Below are positions 28,601 through 42,406 of a stretch of 64,000 nucleotides of DNA, in pieces. The notes beneath the pieces were generated by a model that did no database searches, was not told the origin of the DNA, and worked only from the letters and a program-made list of their open reading frames with translations. Numbering within the stretch: position 1 is the stretch's first letter; each line of letters opens with the position of its first letter. Position numbers and translations under genes: made by a program. Source of the stretch: the human T2T-CHM13v2.0 reference genome, Homo sapiens; the NCBI RefSeq assembly GCF_009914755.1, contig NC_060946.1. The stretch is one strand, 5' to 3'.

Positions 28601-28913
28601 CTGGTTCCTTGCCCACCTCTCACCACTGCTCAAGCTGTTCCATGGGCTTGCAACACACTTCCCTCCAACTTTCACCAAGTTCACTTAGTGGCTTCTCAAA
28701 TTCCAGCTCAAGCATCAGTTCTGGATAGCACCTCTCTGTTGCTCCCAAACACCCTTACATTTGAAATCAGAACCTTAAGCATATCAGAGAATCAAGTTCT
28801 TTTCCTTCAGTGCCCTTATCTCAGCTAGTAAATACACCTTTGTGGGTTTTTTGTGTGTATATGTATGTGTGTGTGTGTGATTATTCAGTGGAAATCAGAC
28901 TCCTGATGAGCTC

Positions 28914-29351
28914 TGTGGCAGAAACTGTGGATAAGTTTACTGAACACCCAACCCCCTCCCATCCTCTCTAGCCTTTCTCTAAAATGGCTGAATTTCCAGC
29001 CTTCCTTGCACCCAGGAATGGCCATGTGACACCATCTGGCCAATGGGATGTAAGCAGAAGCTGCCAGCTGAGACATGCAGGAAAGATTTTGAAGAGAGCA
29101 GACTCAACTTGGATGCCCTTTTTCCTTTTGCCCCATCCCTTTGTTCCTCTCTGAAATAGAGAGACAAAGACCCCTTCTACCATGAAGAATGAAACCACAC
29201 AATAAAGATGAGAGAGCAGAAAGAGGAGCTGGGGTCCTTGTTGTCACTGTTGGTGGTCTGGTCAGCTTTGGTCCACGTACCACAGAACTCTTACTGCCAG
29301 TAGGTCAGGGTTTCCTGTTACTAGAAGCTCAGTTCAATTCTAACTGATACA
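28914..29351 (+). mobile_element. ERVL solo LTR (LTR33/LTR16-like)
   Basis: Starts tgtggcagaaac; contains ggccatgtgac..tctggccaatgggatgtaagcagaag; ends ctaactgataca. Confidence 0.78.
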
Positions 29352-29702
29352 AGCTCCATGAACATGTGCACCGTGTCTATTTTTGTTCCCCACGCATCCC
29401 CAGCGCAGTGTCTGGCACATAGTAGTCTCTGCTCAGCGAACATCTGCTGAATGAGTGGCTGGAGAGAGCACGGTCTTTGGAGTCCTGCATATTCAGGCTC
29501 AGAGTCTTGCTCTGCAGCTGAAGGCTGTGTGGCCGCTTAATTTCTCTGAGCCCCAATTTCCTCAAGCATAAAAACTGGATGATAACATCCCAAGGGTTTA
29601 TTCTGAGGGTCTAATGAGCTGACGTGTAGAAAGTGCCAGACCTTGACTAGAAGCTCAGTTAATAGTATTTGTTACTATTTTTAGTAACAAAATAGGGCTT
29701 TG

Positions 29703-30007
29703 TTTTATTTTTAGAGTTGAGGTCTCATTCTGTTGCCCAGGCTGGAGGGCAGTGGTGTGATCATAGCTCACTGTAGCCTTGAACTCCTGGATTCAAGCAG
29801 TCTTCCCACCTCAGCCTTCTGAGTAGCTGGGGGGCTACAGGCATACGCCATCATGCCCAGCTAATTTTTAATTTTTTTTTTTTTTTTTGTAGAGACTGGT
29901 TCTTGCTATGTTTCCCAGGCTGGTCTTGAACTCCTGGCTTGAAGTGATCCTCTCACCTCGGCCTCTCAAAGCACTGGGATTAGAGGCAGAAGCCACCACA
30001 CCCACCC
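29703..30007 (-). mobile_element. AluJ, full length
   Basis: gatcatagctcactgtagccttgaactcctgg; dimer structure. Confidence 0.92.
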
Positions 30008-31234
30008 TTTGTTCGTAGTACGATTATGAGTGATTGGGTCTGTCACCTCCAAATGTCACTTTGGGTGCTGACTGTGTACAAGGCACTATGATAGGCACTT
30101 GGGGTGCCAGGGAAGCCTGCAGAGTGGCCTCTGCCCTCCAGGACTGGGCTGCTCACTTAGTGATGGAAGATTTGCACACATGCATGGAGAACTCACAATG
30201 CCCATCTGTAAAAACGTGCCAATGGCCACAGAAGGGACACAAGCCCCGCGAGAGTGGAGGAAGGGGCAAAATAATGTGCATTGATAAAATTGTCCCTGGG
30301 AACAGTGCAGGACAGGGAGCCTGCTTCCTCTACATTCACTTACTTAACAAACACTTGTCAATCACCTTCCATGAAGCAGCTAAGTGCTAGGATAACACAG
30401 GCACCCACCAACAGAGGTGCAGAAATGATTAAATGAATATGCTTGCCTGCCTGAACAATGGATTAAATGAGCAAGTGCGTGAACAAATGAACTTCTGAAG
30501 AAAAACAAACGAGCTAGAAAATGAAAGGAGTATTCCCAGGAAATAACCATGCTCTAAAAAATGAGAGTCTGGGTCGATGAAGGGCCAGGCTGCAGGCTTG
30601 TGGCCCAAATCAGAGTGGGGAAATGTGGTCGGGCGAGGTTAATGAAGGTGAGGGGCGGAGTTAGGATGGGAAGATAAGGCTACAATCCACACCCTGCCCC
30701 CTGCCCCAATGTCCTGTATGTGACACTGTGCCATTTGTCACTCCACACGTTTTTACTGGAAACCATGTATACACCAGCATGGTGCTGGGCAATGGGTACC
30801 CAGTGGAGAAGAGGACAAAACCGTTCAGCCCTCTATGCCTCCTCATGCTTCCCAACCTTCCCTCCTTCCCAGTTCTGCTTCCTCCTCTCAGCCCACCTTG
30901 AAGATAGCAGAGATGATGGTGGATCTAATCTAATATGAATGGTAGTTGCCACTTACTGGGGGCTTGCTTAGAGCAAAGTACTCTCCAAACATCTCCTTTA
31001 ATGATCACAATAACACCATGGGTTAGGAAGCCATTGCAATGAGGAAATTGAGGCTCAGAGAGGAAAAGAAACTTCCACGAGGTCCCACGGCTATTCATTG
31101 GCTGCACCAGAAGAGGAACCCATCTGGCCTCTTTGTTACTGTGCTCGCCTCCTCAAGTTTTTACTCTAAGCAAGTGAGGCTCAAAGTTTAAGGTGCATCA
31201 GAGGATGCTCTTGAGGGATTACCTATGACCACCG

Positions 31235-31725
<491 letters not shown>

Positions 31726-31754
31726 TAATCAAAATAATTAATATGCATAACAAT

Positions 31755-32087
31755 CTCTCAGGCTGCGTATTAGAAGACTCTCAGACCCCACCCATTGCCA
31801 ATAGGGATTTTGATTCAGCAGCTCTGGGGTGAGGCCCAGCAATCTGTGACTTAAGAAACATCCTCTGGAGGATTCTGACTCTGCTGCCCCAATTTGTGTG
31901 TAGCCTGAGGTCCTTAATACAACTGCACCTCAGCATCCCTTAGGGAACGTTTACAAAACACCAAGGCATAGGACTCACTCCAGATCCACTTAGACAGGGT
32001 CCCTGGGGATGGGACCTGGAAGCAGGTATTGTTTTGAAAGTTCCCCAGATGATTCAAATGTGCAGCCAGGACTGGGGACCACCACTG
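31755..32087. mobile_element. Two adjacent MER5-family MITE fragments
   Basis: tgattcagcagctctggggtgaggcccagcaatctg; ccccagatgattcaaatgtgcagccaggactggggaccac. Confidence 0.7.
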
Positions 32088-32699
32088 AGCTAAGAAGCAT
32101 TTCAGGACGTCAGGCTAGGGCTGTTCAAAGCCAGGTGCAGGTGTTAACAAATGCCCCCTGCTCTGCCAGGAAAGGCAAGTCAGGTCCTGCAGCTATTCCA
32201 GAAGAAATGGAAGGCCCAAATTCTCTTGCTAAAATAAGCCTTCTCTCTCTGAACCCTGGAATTGTTCTTAATGCATGTGGCATCATGTTCGTCAATAATC
32301 TCCTGGGCACAGCATCTGAGAAGCCATGCACAGTGCCCGCAGCTGTGAAGACGTCTGCTGTGTAGGAGCTGAGGCTAAGCCGTGGCCCTGGCATCAGCAT
32401 CCACAGGAACAGGCATCCCTCCAGCTCAGCTTACAGGCTGTAGAGCTAAGGGTGACTGAGACAAGCAGAATCTGCTGTTTCATGAAACCCAGAGGCAGAG
32501 CTAGCAGGGCCATGAGAACCATCTCATCAAGCCCCTCACTTTACAATTTGGGAAACTGAGGGAGAAAAAAAGATAACCATTTGAGGGTTACTCCTTAACC
32601 ATAAAGGTAAAAAAAAAAACAAGAAGAAGTTTCTCCTCCATGCAGCCTGCCTTGACTGCACTGTCTCTCTCGTGCTTTGGGACCCTGGTCAGGTCGCTC

Positions 32700-33840
32700 A
32701 GTCATTCAACAAATACTTATTGAGCACTAACTCTGCGCCAGGCACAGAGCTGAGTGCTAGGATAACAGCCATGAGCAAGACTGACAAGGTTCCTGCTTTT
32801 GTGGTCCTTATATTCTAATTTCTAATGGAATGAATCAGATAATAAACATTCAGCACACAGCTAGATAAACAGAAAGTGCTGCTAGAACAAGGACTGAGGA
32901 AATCCTTCAGGGAAACAGACTGGAGACTGCCTGCAGTCACCACTGGCCAGAGTGGCCAGATGAGGCTTCAGTGAGGAGGGGATATTTAAGCAGAAGCCTG
33001 AGAAAAGGGAGGGAGAGAGCCCCGGGAAGAACCAGGGAGAATGTTCTGGGAAGAGCCAGAGAGAATGCATTCCAAGCTGTGAATGCAAAGATCCTTAGGA
33101 GGGGAAGATTTTGATATGTCTAGGGAACCAAAAGGAGGCCAGAGCAGCTGAAGTATAGTGAGCCATGGGGAGGCTGATTATTGACGAGGCCAGCACAGTG
33201 ACCTAGGGACAAGTCGCCCAAGGCTTTCCAGGCCAGCATGGAAGTTAGTTTTAATGAAAGACGAGCAAGCCCCAAAACTGGGGCTTAGCCCAGGAGGGTT
33301 CTTGGCTTTGCCTAGGAAAGAATTCAAGGGCCAGCCAGTGGTGTTAAGCAGCAACTTTTATTGAAGTAGCAATGCACAGCAGCAGGCGCAAGAGGTATTG
33401 CTCCCTGTGGAGCCCGGCTACCCCATAATAGTGTGCCCAGAGCAGTAGCTCAGAGGCAGTTATGCACCCATATTTATACCCACTTTTAATTACATGCAAA
33501 TTAAGGGGTGGTTTATGCAGAAATTTCTAGGATGAGGGTGGTAACTTCAGAGTTGTCTGGTCATTGCCATGGAAAGGGACAGTAACTTCTGGGTGTTGCC
33601 ATGGCAATGGTAAACTGACATGGAACTCTGGTGAGCGTGTCTTATGGGGAGATGCTCCCACCCTGGCCCTGGTTTAGCTAGTCCTCAATTTGGTTCAGTG
33701 TCTGAGCCCTGCCTCCAGTGTCTAGTCCTGCCTCCTACCTCAGCTTGATTCTCAATATGCTGGGAAGCCTATGCAGAGTTTTCTGTTTGGAAGGGATGCC
33801 TCTATCTGTACTGCAAGGAGACCAGCAGTCATTGTCCAGT
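32700..33840 (-). mobile_element. L2 3' region, interrupted by LTR9
   Basis: cattcaacaaatacttattgagcactaactctgcgccaggcac.. continues on both sides of the LTR. Confidence 0.8.
33255..33742 (-). mobile_element. ERV1 solo LTR, LTR9B-like
   Basis: Reverse complement begins tgaggtaggaggcaggac..aaattgaggactagctaaa; plus strand has ggaaagaattcaagggc and tacatgcaaattaagggg; TG...CA termini. Confidence 0.85.
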
Positions 33841-34264
33841 GAGAGTTTGCAGTAGGGGATGCAGTTTCTACCACACTGAGTAATGGCCCTAGAAGTAGAC
33901 TTGCTGTCCACATTTGTTCTATTCTTCCTTTGGTGCTGCCTTCAAGCTAATATCTCTGTGTCAAGGCCCAGGAGACAGATCATTCATCACCCGCCCTGCC
34001 TTGGCATCTGGCTCCGCAACTTGGCAGAGGCAGAAAGCATTCTGCGTTTCCTTGCCTGCCCCCACGATGCAGAAGCCCCCAGCCCTCTGTGGCTAAGCAA
34101 GTGACCACTGGTCAAAATCAATTCCAACCTAAGTTTGGCCCTTAGCTGTCACCTGAGTGGAGGCCAACTGCAAGTGCCATGGCTGTGGACCCTGGTAAGC
34201 CAGTTTGTCATCCTGTGACATGAGGGACATGCAAGTGGAGGGGAAGGCTACCTGCCCTGGGGTC

Positions 34265-34480
34265 CCCACAGCACTCCATGGGGCACTGCAACAGACCTGG
34301 GTTTGAATGCAAGCTCCACCACCTACTTGGTCCGTCACTCTGAGCAATGACTTAGATTCTCTAAGGCTCAGTTTCCTCAGGTATGAAATGGGGCTCATGG
34401 GGTAGGTGAGGAGAAAAAAGTGAAGGCGTAACACAGTTCCTGGCACCTAGTGAGCACTCATTCAATCAGAATTCCCATTC
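34265..34480 (+). mobile_element. MIR
   Basis: gacctgggtttgaatgcaagctccaccacctact..ctcagtttcctcaggtatgaaatgggg..cctggcacctagtgagcactc. Confidence 0.8.
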
Positions 34481-34616
34481 TTCTTCTGGTTTCAGAGCAA
34501 CTATAGCACCAGGAAAAGTCCTTACCCGAAAGGAGTCTCAGTTTCCCCATCTATGAAAGGAAGTAGCAATATGAGCTGAACTCTGAGGACCCTCCTGCCC
34601 TGAAAGTCATTAAGTC

Positions 34617-34630
34617 TCTCTCTCTCTCTG

Positions 34631-34680
<50 letters not shown>
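34617..34680. repeat. (CT)n plus (CA)n microsatellite, about 22 CA units
   Basis: Direct reading. Confidence 0.97.
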
Positions 34681-34683
<3 letters not shown>

Positions 34684-34764
34684 GAGCCCAAACTCTGGAA
34701 ACAGACAGACGTGTATTCAAATGTCAACCTTACCTGCCCTGACTATGTGACTTTGTACAAAATA

Positions 34765-35103
34765 CAGCCATGTGCCGCATAACAACATTTCAGTCAAGAC
34801 AGCCCACATATACAATGGGGATCTCATCACATTATAATACCATATTTTCACCGCACCTTTTTCATGATCCGATACACAAATGCTTACCATTGCATTACAA
34901 CTGCCAATAGTATTCAATGCAATTACATGCTGTACAGGTTTGCAGCCAGGAGCAATAGGCTACACCATCCAGCGTAGGTGTGTAGTAGGCTGTCCCATCT
35001 AGTGCACTTGTGCAAATGCACTCTCTCATGGTCACACAACCACAAAACCATGTAATTATACATTTCTCAGAACATATCCCTGTCATTAAGTGACACATGA
35101 CTG
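34765..35103 (+). mobile_element. Tigger3a (TcMar-Tigger MITE), full length, inserted in a MIR
   Basis: Terminal inverted repeats cagccatgtgccgcataac / ttaagtgacacatgactg; TA TSD on both sides; body matches recalled Tigger3a. Confidence 0.93.
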
Positions 35104-35929
35104 TATTTAACCCCTCGAGCCTCAGTCTCCTCATCTGTAAAACAGGGAGGAACACGGGGACGATGTCAGAAAGTGGTCTGGAGCTTCAGAAGGACCCTGC
35201 AGGTAAGCACTTAGCCCAGGGGTTTTAGAATCAATGTACAAATGTCAGCTGTTAGACTCTGTCCTCCCCCGACACACACACCCTTGTGTACTCAGCGGCG
35301 CTCCGCCATGGGTTAATCTAAGATTGAAGCAGAGACACAAATTTTCCATTCAAAACCCGAAGACCATTTTTGTTCAGTAATAGATTTAAACAAAGTTTTC
35401 TCTCACAGCAATCGTCCCTAATCTCCGATTGTTCCCTTTTTGGAGATGCAGTGTCTTTTTGCATTGCTTAGAGAATACAAATTAGATATTGTCTGAAGCC
35501 TTTCCCTGTCTCCAGCAGTGCTGCTTCCTCAGGGACATTCACTCTCTCTCCTCATGCGGCGCCTCTTCCTGGAGCTGCCTTCATCCTGTCATGGGTGGCG
35601 TGATCCTCCCTGGCACATCTTTGCAGGTGGAAGGTGGACATTTGTCCAGGATTGCGGGCTGAGGACCCTGGAGGAGCCTCCCCGAAGTCCTCACTCTCCA
35701 CCTTCCCACCCAGGGAAGAAATAATAAGGAAAGAGGAGGGCTGTGCTGTATTCATAGAACCCCATGCCTCCTGGCACCATCATGAGGAAGGGAAGTCTAT
35801 TACGCTCATTTTACAGATGAGGAAGCTGAGGCTCGAAGTCGAGCATGCGGACCAAGGTCCCACACCTTTGCTCCAGTCCCTGATTCTCCAAGCTTAGGGA
35901 GAATGTGCCAGATCAGAACTTCCATTCCC

Positions 35930-36440
35930 TCATTCTACATGTATTTATTGAGCACGTACTACATGCAAGCCTCTGGTCTGAACATGGAACACAGATAACA
36001 AACAAGTAAACCCACAAATAAGCAAGGTAATTTGAAATTGTGACCCCTGCTATGCAGTGTCATAATGAGTGTTGGGGTATGGGGGAAGAGGGTAAATGTG
36101 GTTCCCTAGAAAGGTAGTCCCCCATAGAAGGTGACATTTGAGCTGGGGCCTGGGCAGTGAGGAGGAGCCAGCCAGGTGAAGACCTGGAATAAGATGGTTC
36201 CAGGCAAAGGCAAGCACCAGATGGAGGACCGGGCTCACCCATCCTGGCTGGGCATTGGGAAGAAAGGCAGGAGTGCAGGAAGTGAGGCTGGGAAGCCAGG
36301 AGTAGTCAGTTCACATGGGGTTCTGATGCCAATGTAGGAGTTTGATTGTATTCTTAGTGCAATTGGAAGCCATGGCATGGGGGACGTGAATCAGCCACTT
36401 GACACTTTAGAGGACTTCCTGACCACCTTGTGGAAACTGG
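35930..36440 (-). mobile_element. L2 3' region
   Basis: atttattgagcacgtactacatgcaagc..gaaggtgacatttgagctggg..attggaagccatgg. Confidence 0.78.
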
Positions 36441-37409
36441 GGTGTCAGGATCCAAGAGAGGGGGCAGGGGAGTCATTCTGAAACATCACGTTAGCTCCTT
36501 GCTGCATCTTGGGAAGTTCCCAGGAAAGACAGATTGGCCCGAATTGGAACCCAGGTTTGTGTGATCCCAAAGCCCACGCTCTCTTGGCTCCAGCTAGGCT
36601 GGACCTTGGGGGAAGGAAATAATGGGGCCAGCAGAGAGAGGGGAACTTAAGCCAAAGAAATGTTCCATCTGAAAGCCAGTGCATTCCCTCCCTAGCAGCT
36701 GCGAGTAAAAAATAGAGTGGGTCGGAATTAGCAGACCTTTTTTTTCCTTTCTAATTTATAGCTCATTGGTTGACATGCTCCTTGGGAGAACGAACGTCTT
36801 GCTCTCTGGCTTGGCAGCAAAGTCAATGACAAAGTACTGACAGCCCAGAACAGCATTCTTCCTCTGTATGAGGTCATGAATAAGGCTGGGGGCTCATCTC
36901 TATGCCTGGGCATCTCAGCAGAAGGTGGGGAAACCCAACTGCTGGCTTGATAGCCACAATAGGCCTATTTCTGAAGCTCATTTTCCCAAACATTTAGTAA
37001 ACTATATACTGTGCTCTAGGCACCAGAGAAATAAAGGCAAATAGAGCACAGCCCCTGTCCTCAGTCTAGAAGGGACACAGCCACATATACAAATAATTAC
37101 AGGAAAGTGTGATGAAAACTGCAGTAGCAGAGAGAAATGACCTCGGGTATCAGGGAAGGCTACCTGGAAGAGGTGATATTTAAGCTAAGTCTTGACAGAT
37201 TAGTAGGAGTTCAACAGGGTAGAGATACCCCCAACGGCTGATACTGGGAGGAATTCAATAAATGTTAGTGTCTTATTCTGTTTCCTAGTGCTTTCTCGGA
37301 TGTTGCTTTTGTGTGTCTCACCATATTGCGTGTTCACTGGGAATGGGAAATATGCCTTTGCCTTCTCTTCCATCCCCTACAGTAGTGAAAACAGGACCTA
37401 GTCATAGAG

Positions 37410-37614
37410 CTAAGTCTCTCAAATTTGGCACTATTGGCATTTGGGGTTGGATATTCCCTGGTTTGGGACAGGAGGGTGGAGAAGGGGAAGCCCATTGTAT
37501 GATGTTTAATAGCATCCCTGGCCTCTTCTCAATGGATGCCAGTAGCACCTCCTCCATATCCCCAAGCAAACATGTCCCTCTGGGAACAAAATCACTCTTG
37601 GTTGAGAACCACTG
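37410..37614 (-). mobile_element. MER20 with perfect 8-bp hAT TSD
   Basis: ggcactattggcatttgggg..gatgtttaatagcatccctggcctc..ggttgagaaccactg; TSD tcatagag at 37402-37409 / 37615-37622. Confidence 0.92.
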
Positions 37615-37649
37615 TCATAGAGTATCCATGTATTTATTCATCTACTTAA

Positions 37650-38200
37650 TTTTCATTAATGAATTCAACAAACATTTACTCAATATTCACCATGGGCCAG
37701 ACACATTGCTAGGTACTAGGAACACAGTGTTATATAAGATACAGCCACTGCTGCTGCCCTCAGAGTTGCCTGGCTGGAGGGGCAAAGAGACAAGGCTATG
37801 ATGGGGAAGCACCGAGGCTGTGGGAGCATGTAGGGTGAGGGCATTTGAGATATGGACACATTCCAGGAAGGGTCCCTGGATGAGGTGATAAATAGACATT
37901 AGCCAGGTGAAAGAGAGGAAAGGCATTCTAGGCCAAGGAAGAAAGAGAAGGCATTCTAAGCCAAGAAAATGACAAGCAAAAGGCTTAGGGGCTTGAATTA
38001 ACTTGCCCTTTTGGGGAAGTATAGCAGCTCATACCTGGAGCATGGATCTCCAAGGAGGACAGAGGGGTAGAATAGAGGACTCTCCAGTCATTGAGAAGAG
38101 TCTGCTTCATCCGGAGGGCCATGGGGAAGCCATCGGAGAATTCCAAGCGGAAAAAGAAGGAATATGATCAGATCAAGTAAGAAAAACTCTGGCTGCAAAG
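37650..38200 (-). mobile_element. L2 3' region
   Basis: attcaacaaacatttactcaatattcaccatgggccagacac.. Confidence 0.75.
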
Positions 38201-39329
38201 TGACAGAGAAGTTTCATGAAGCTGCATGAGTCACTGGGCTTGCGGCCTTGGAAGATGCTCTCATAACATCAGAGGCACCTCCTGGCCTTGGCCTGGCCTT
38301 GGCCCTGCACTTCAGTTTGGATCTTGCCCCCCTGTCTCGGGCAACTTGAAATCTGCATCTCAGGCTGCTGTGCCCACAAAAGCCTCCTTCCCTTCCACCA
38401 GTTTCCCAGCCATGACTGTCCCTCCAGGTGGATGCAGGAAAGTGTTTTATCTACCCATGCCATTAAACCTGCCACTGAGCCCAAATTGCCTTTGGAGTTT
38501 GAGGGCAGATGGCAGTGCAACGTGTGGCTCAGCTCTGGAGATTCGGCATGGCCAACCCATTAGTTCTCCTGGAGCTGAACAGAGGGGGACCGACCCTCTA
38601 ATTGCTTGAGAACTTGGGTATTATTGAAACTCCCTCATGCCTGAATGATGTATGACTCTCACAGTGTGGCTCAGCCATTGCCAGCGGCTCTCCAAAACAG
38701 ACCCTGTCTTATTTTTTATTCCATTTATTTATGCATTTGGTCGATCTCTCTGGGAAGGTAAGTTTTTAAAATACTGGGTATGGAAACAGGAGATAGTCAA
38801 ACTTTCCGAGCCTGTGGACTTGATTGATTGAGGTTGTGACATTTATTTCCAAAGCATCCTTCAAAAAGTTGGTTATAGACTAAACCACCAGTTTCAAATC
38901 TGGGGTCCCCCTGACTCTAATAGTCTTTGAAAGGAGTGATGGGCAGGGAGAGGAGGGGGCTGAGAGAGAAACGAAGTGTTTTGAAAACTCTAATGGAGAT
39001 TCTACTTAGCAAAACTAAGGCTGAATGTGCTAGCTAAAAAGGTCAGGTTTTTCTGGCTTAAAATCAATCAGTAATACCTGCAGGATGACATCCTGACCAT
39101 GGCCTCTGAGCCTCAGCTTGGTGTGGCTACCATTAGCCTCTCCTCTGCCTTCTGTCCATGCAGAAGCCCCCATACACAACAGTCCCCCTAACACACCAGC
39201 CTTATTCATATCCAGAACCCTCAACCAGAACCTGTCTCTGCTCCCCCTTTCATTCTCTGCCTCGCTCTCAGTCTTCCCACTCCCAGAAGCTGCCACTGAC
39301 CATCCAGGCTGGGCTAGCTGCCAGGGAGT

Positions 39330-39890
39330 CCTAGGCAGTGGGATGTTGAGTCACACAGGGATAGGTTCAAATCCAGGCTTAGCTGCTCAACTCAAGGTGT
39401 GACTTCCCCACTTCCCCTCCCTGAGCCTCAGTTTCCCTGTGTGTCAAACAAGGATAATCAAGTTTCTACCTAATATGGTTGTCATGAGAACTATTACGTA
39501 AAGCTTCTTAGCACTGACTCGCTGCTGAGTAAGCTCTAATTCACGTTAGCCACTGCTTCATTCCTTCAATTACACGCCTGTTTCCCACAATGAGCAGGGA
39601 CCAGGTCTTTTGCCTATTCTCAGGTTCTGGTGCAACGTCTCACAAATAGGAAACTCCCAATAAAATGTTTGCATGAAGAAATCCAAAGATGTCAGAGTGG
39701 AAGCCAGAGCCACTTATACAGTGGATAAACCTGGCAAGTTATTTCACCTCTCTGTGCCTCAGTTTCTTCATCTATAAGATGGGTATCCTGATGATACCTA
39801 CCTGTTGGGTTGTTAGGAGGATGAAGTGAGTTCATATATGCAAAGTGCTTGGAACAAAGTAAACACTACACCAGTGTTGCTCTTATTGTT
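39330..39890 (+). mobile_element. Two MIR copies (about 39330-39555 and 39690-39890)
   Basis: ctgagcctcagtttccc; cctctctgtgcctcagtttcttcatctataagatggg (MIR core). Confidence 0.8.
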
Positions 39891-40894
39891 TTACTAAAAC
39901 CAAGGAACTGAGTGATTTATTTGTTCACCAATACAGTGTGGAAGACAAAGCACATTTTACTGTGGACAATGCATAGTGGGTGGGTGGATATTAATGATGA
40001 AATGGTTAGGGCTACTGAGGCAGCCTCATCTGCCACCCACCCCACCCCACCTGCTCCTAGGCCTCCAAGCCTGTGAAGGTGGGGAATAATGATTTGGATT
40101 TTTTTTTTAATCAGCAGAGCACAAGTGTGCTATTTCACATGCCGGCTGTTTAAGTGTACACCTAGTTACAGCTGACTGCCTTGGATGATTGGTTGAGAGG
40201 GCTGAGTTCCCGTTTGTCCCCAATCAATCTGGAAACTGAAAAGGAGCCAGAATATTCATTTACCACCATCAAGCCTGCAGCCCAGGATTATTGTTGATAA
40301 AGGAGCTGTGGAACCCAAGTTCCCCGGGGGAGATGGAAGAGTAAACATCTTACTGATATCCCAGGGCAGTGGATGAACAGAGGTCGGGATTTGAGCAAAT
40401 CATGTCCCTATTATTAATTAAAGGGGCAGGGCATTGGTCAGAGCAGGCAGAAGGGCAAAGGGGCTAAGGAATAGCTGTGGGCCCCATGCAGTTGATGAAA
40501 AGGTTGTGTCCTAGAAGGGTTTAGCCTGAAGGGCTGCGTAGGCATTCAGGCTGGTATTTTGTACGGACCCACTGTGAGCCACTACGGGGCAAAGCACTCA
40601 GGAGGGAAACACAGAAGGATGTGCAAGAACTAAAAATATGCATTCCATCTGGAAGAAGACAAAAGTTGAGGAACCGTGTTTATGAAGATGGCCTCATGAC
40701 AAGATGGCATTCATTCAACCACTCCTTCATCCACTTCAAAACTGTTGATTAGCACCTGTGTTGAGCCAGGCAGTTCCGATCCCTTGCGGATGTCAAATAG
40801 GAGTAAAACGCAGGCACTGCTTCCCAGGAGACAGCAGCATAAGTGGCCAGATAAAGAAAGTACATAAATAATAACAGCTGTAGCAATAATAGCA

Positions 40895-41140
40895 AAAATA
40901 GTAATACCTGCTGTTTTTTGGGCACCAACAATAAGCCAGGCTTCGCATAAGTTATTTCATTCAATATTCTCCATTGCTTAATGAGATGATAGGTCCTATT
41001 TTTACCCTGAGTTTGCAGATGGAAAAGCTGAGGCATGGAAATCGTTAGTCACTTGACTGAGGTTCATGCAGTTAGGAAGGAACCATGATTCAAACCAGTT
41101 CCTTCCAACTTAAACCCCTGCTGGTCACACTAGGCTGCTC
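40895..41140 (-). mobile_element. MIR
   Basis: gtttgcagatggaaaagctgaggcatggaa..gtcacttgactgaggttcatgcagtta. Confidence 0.75.
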
Positions 41141-41224
41141 TGCCTCTCGAATAACTAGAACAACATGTTGTAACTGCTGGGTTGAAGCTGCAGAAAGTCC
41201 AGTGTGACTTTAGAAGTGTAACTG

Positions 41225-41515
41225 GGCCTCTACATAGTGGCTCAACCCTGTAATCTCAACACTTTGGGAGGCCAAGGTAAGAGGATCACCTGAGGCCAGG
41301 AGTTCAAGACTAGCCTAGGCAACATAGCAAGACCCCATCTCTACAAAAAATTTAAAAAATTAGCAGGGCATGATGTCATGTGCTTGTAGTCCCAGCTACT
41401 TGGGAGGCTGAGGCGGGAGGATTACATGAATCCAGGAATCTGATGATGCAGTGAGCCATGATCGGGCCACTGCTCTCCAGCCTGGGCGGCAATGTGAAAC
41501 CCTGTCTCAAAAAAA
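41225..41515 (+). mobile_element. AluJ, full length
   Basis: ggcaacatagcaagaccccatctctacaaaaaattt; tgcagtgagccatgatc. Confidence 0.92.
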
Positions 41516-42329
41516 GGAGGGGGAGCATCTGGCCAGCTGGGGGGCAGGGTGGAGTGGAGAGGGCTGTGGCTTTAGGTCCCCTATCCCCAGCACACACCTC
41601 AGCATTTGCTCATAGTAGATGGTCAAGAAGCACTTGCCAGTTAGCCAGCAAGTTCTTTGGAAGCCTTCTCAAGCATCATCAGACAGGTTCTGCACCCTCT
41701 TGTTCAATGCTGTTCACAAAGCAGCATTTTATCCAGTGAGACCATGAAAAGGGATTGTGGGAATCTTCATTTTGTATAGAAGGAACTGCAACTAGCGAGA
41801 AGGAGAATCCACACCTAAATCCAAGCCTCCAGTACTCTGAAACCAAAGTTCTTTCCCTCAGCCTTGAAGCCTCTGGGAGGACTGATTCAAGATGAGACCC
41901 CAGACCCCTGACTCCAACCCCAAATCCTTCTAACTCCACCTGCTACCTCTTCCTCAGATCCAAGGGGCAACTTATCTTCCCCTGGTTTCTTATCAGCATG
42001 GAACAGCTGTGGTTTTCTGACTCACAGAGCCGCTGAGGTTGTAAAACATTCTCTTTTCACTTTCCATGCTGGCCAAATGCATCCTGAACCTGCTGGCGTG
42101 ACCTTCTGTTGCTGCGTGCAGGCCCAAGCACAAAGCCATTCATTTTGTATTCATTCTCTCCCAACCCCAATCCCCTCTGCCATCCCCCCACAACCGCACA
42201 CAGCCCCCTCCACCCGCACCTTCACCTCACCCTTGGCTTAACTCAGAGAATTCAACTTCCCTCAACAAGGCTGGGGCTGGGGCTTCTTGAGCTGCAAATA
42301 TCAATTTGCAGCTTTCTGTGTATCCCCTC

Positions 42330-42352
42330 AACACACACATACACACATACAG

Positions 42353-42384
<32 letters not shown>

Positions 42385-42406
42385 ACACACACACGCACAC
42401 ACACAC
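42330..42406. repeat. Imperfect (CA)n
   Basis: Direct reading. Confidence 0.95.
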
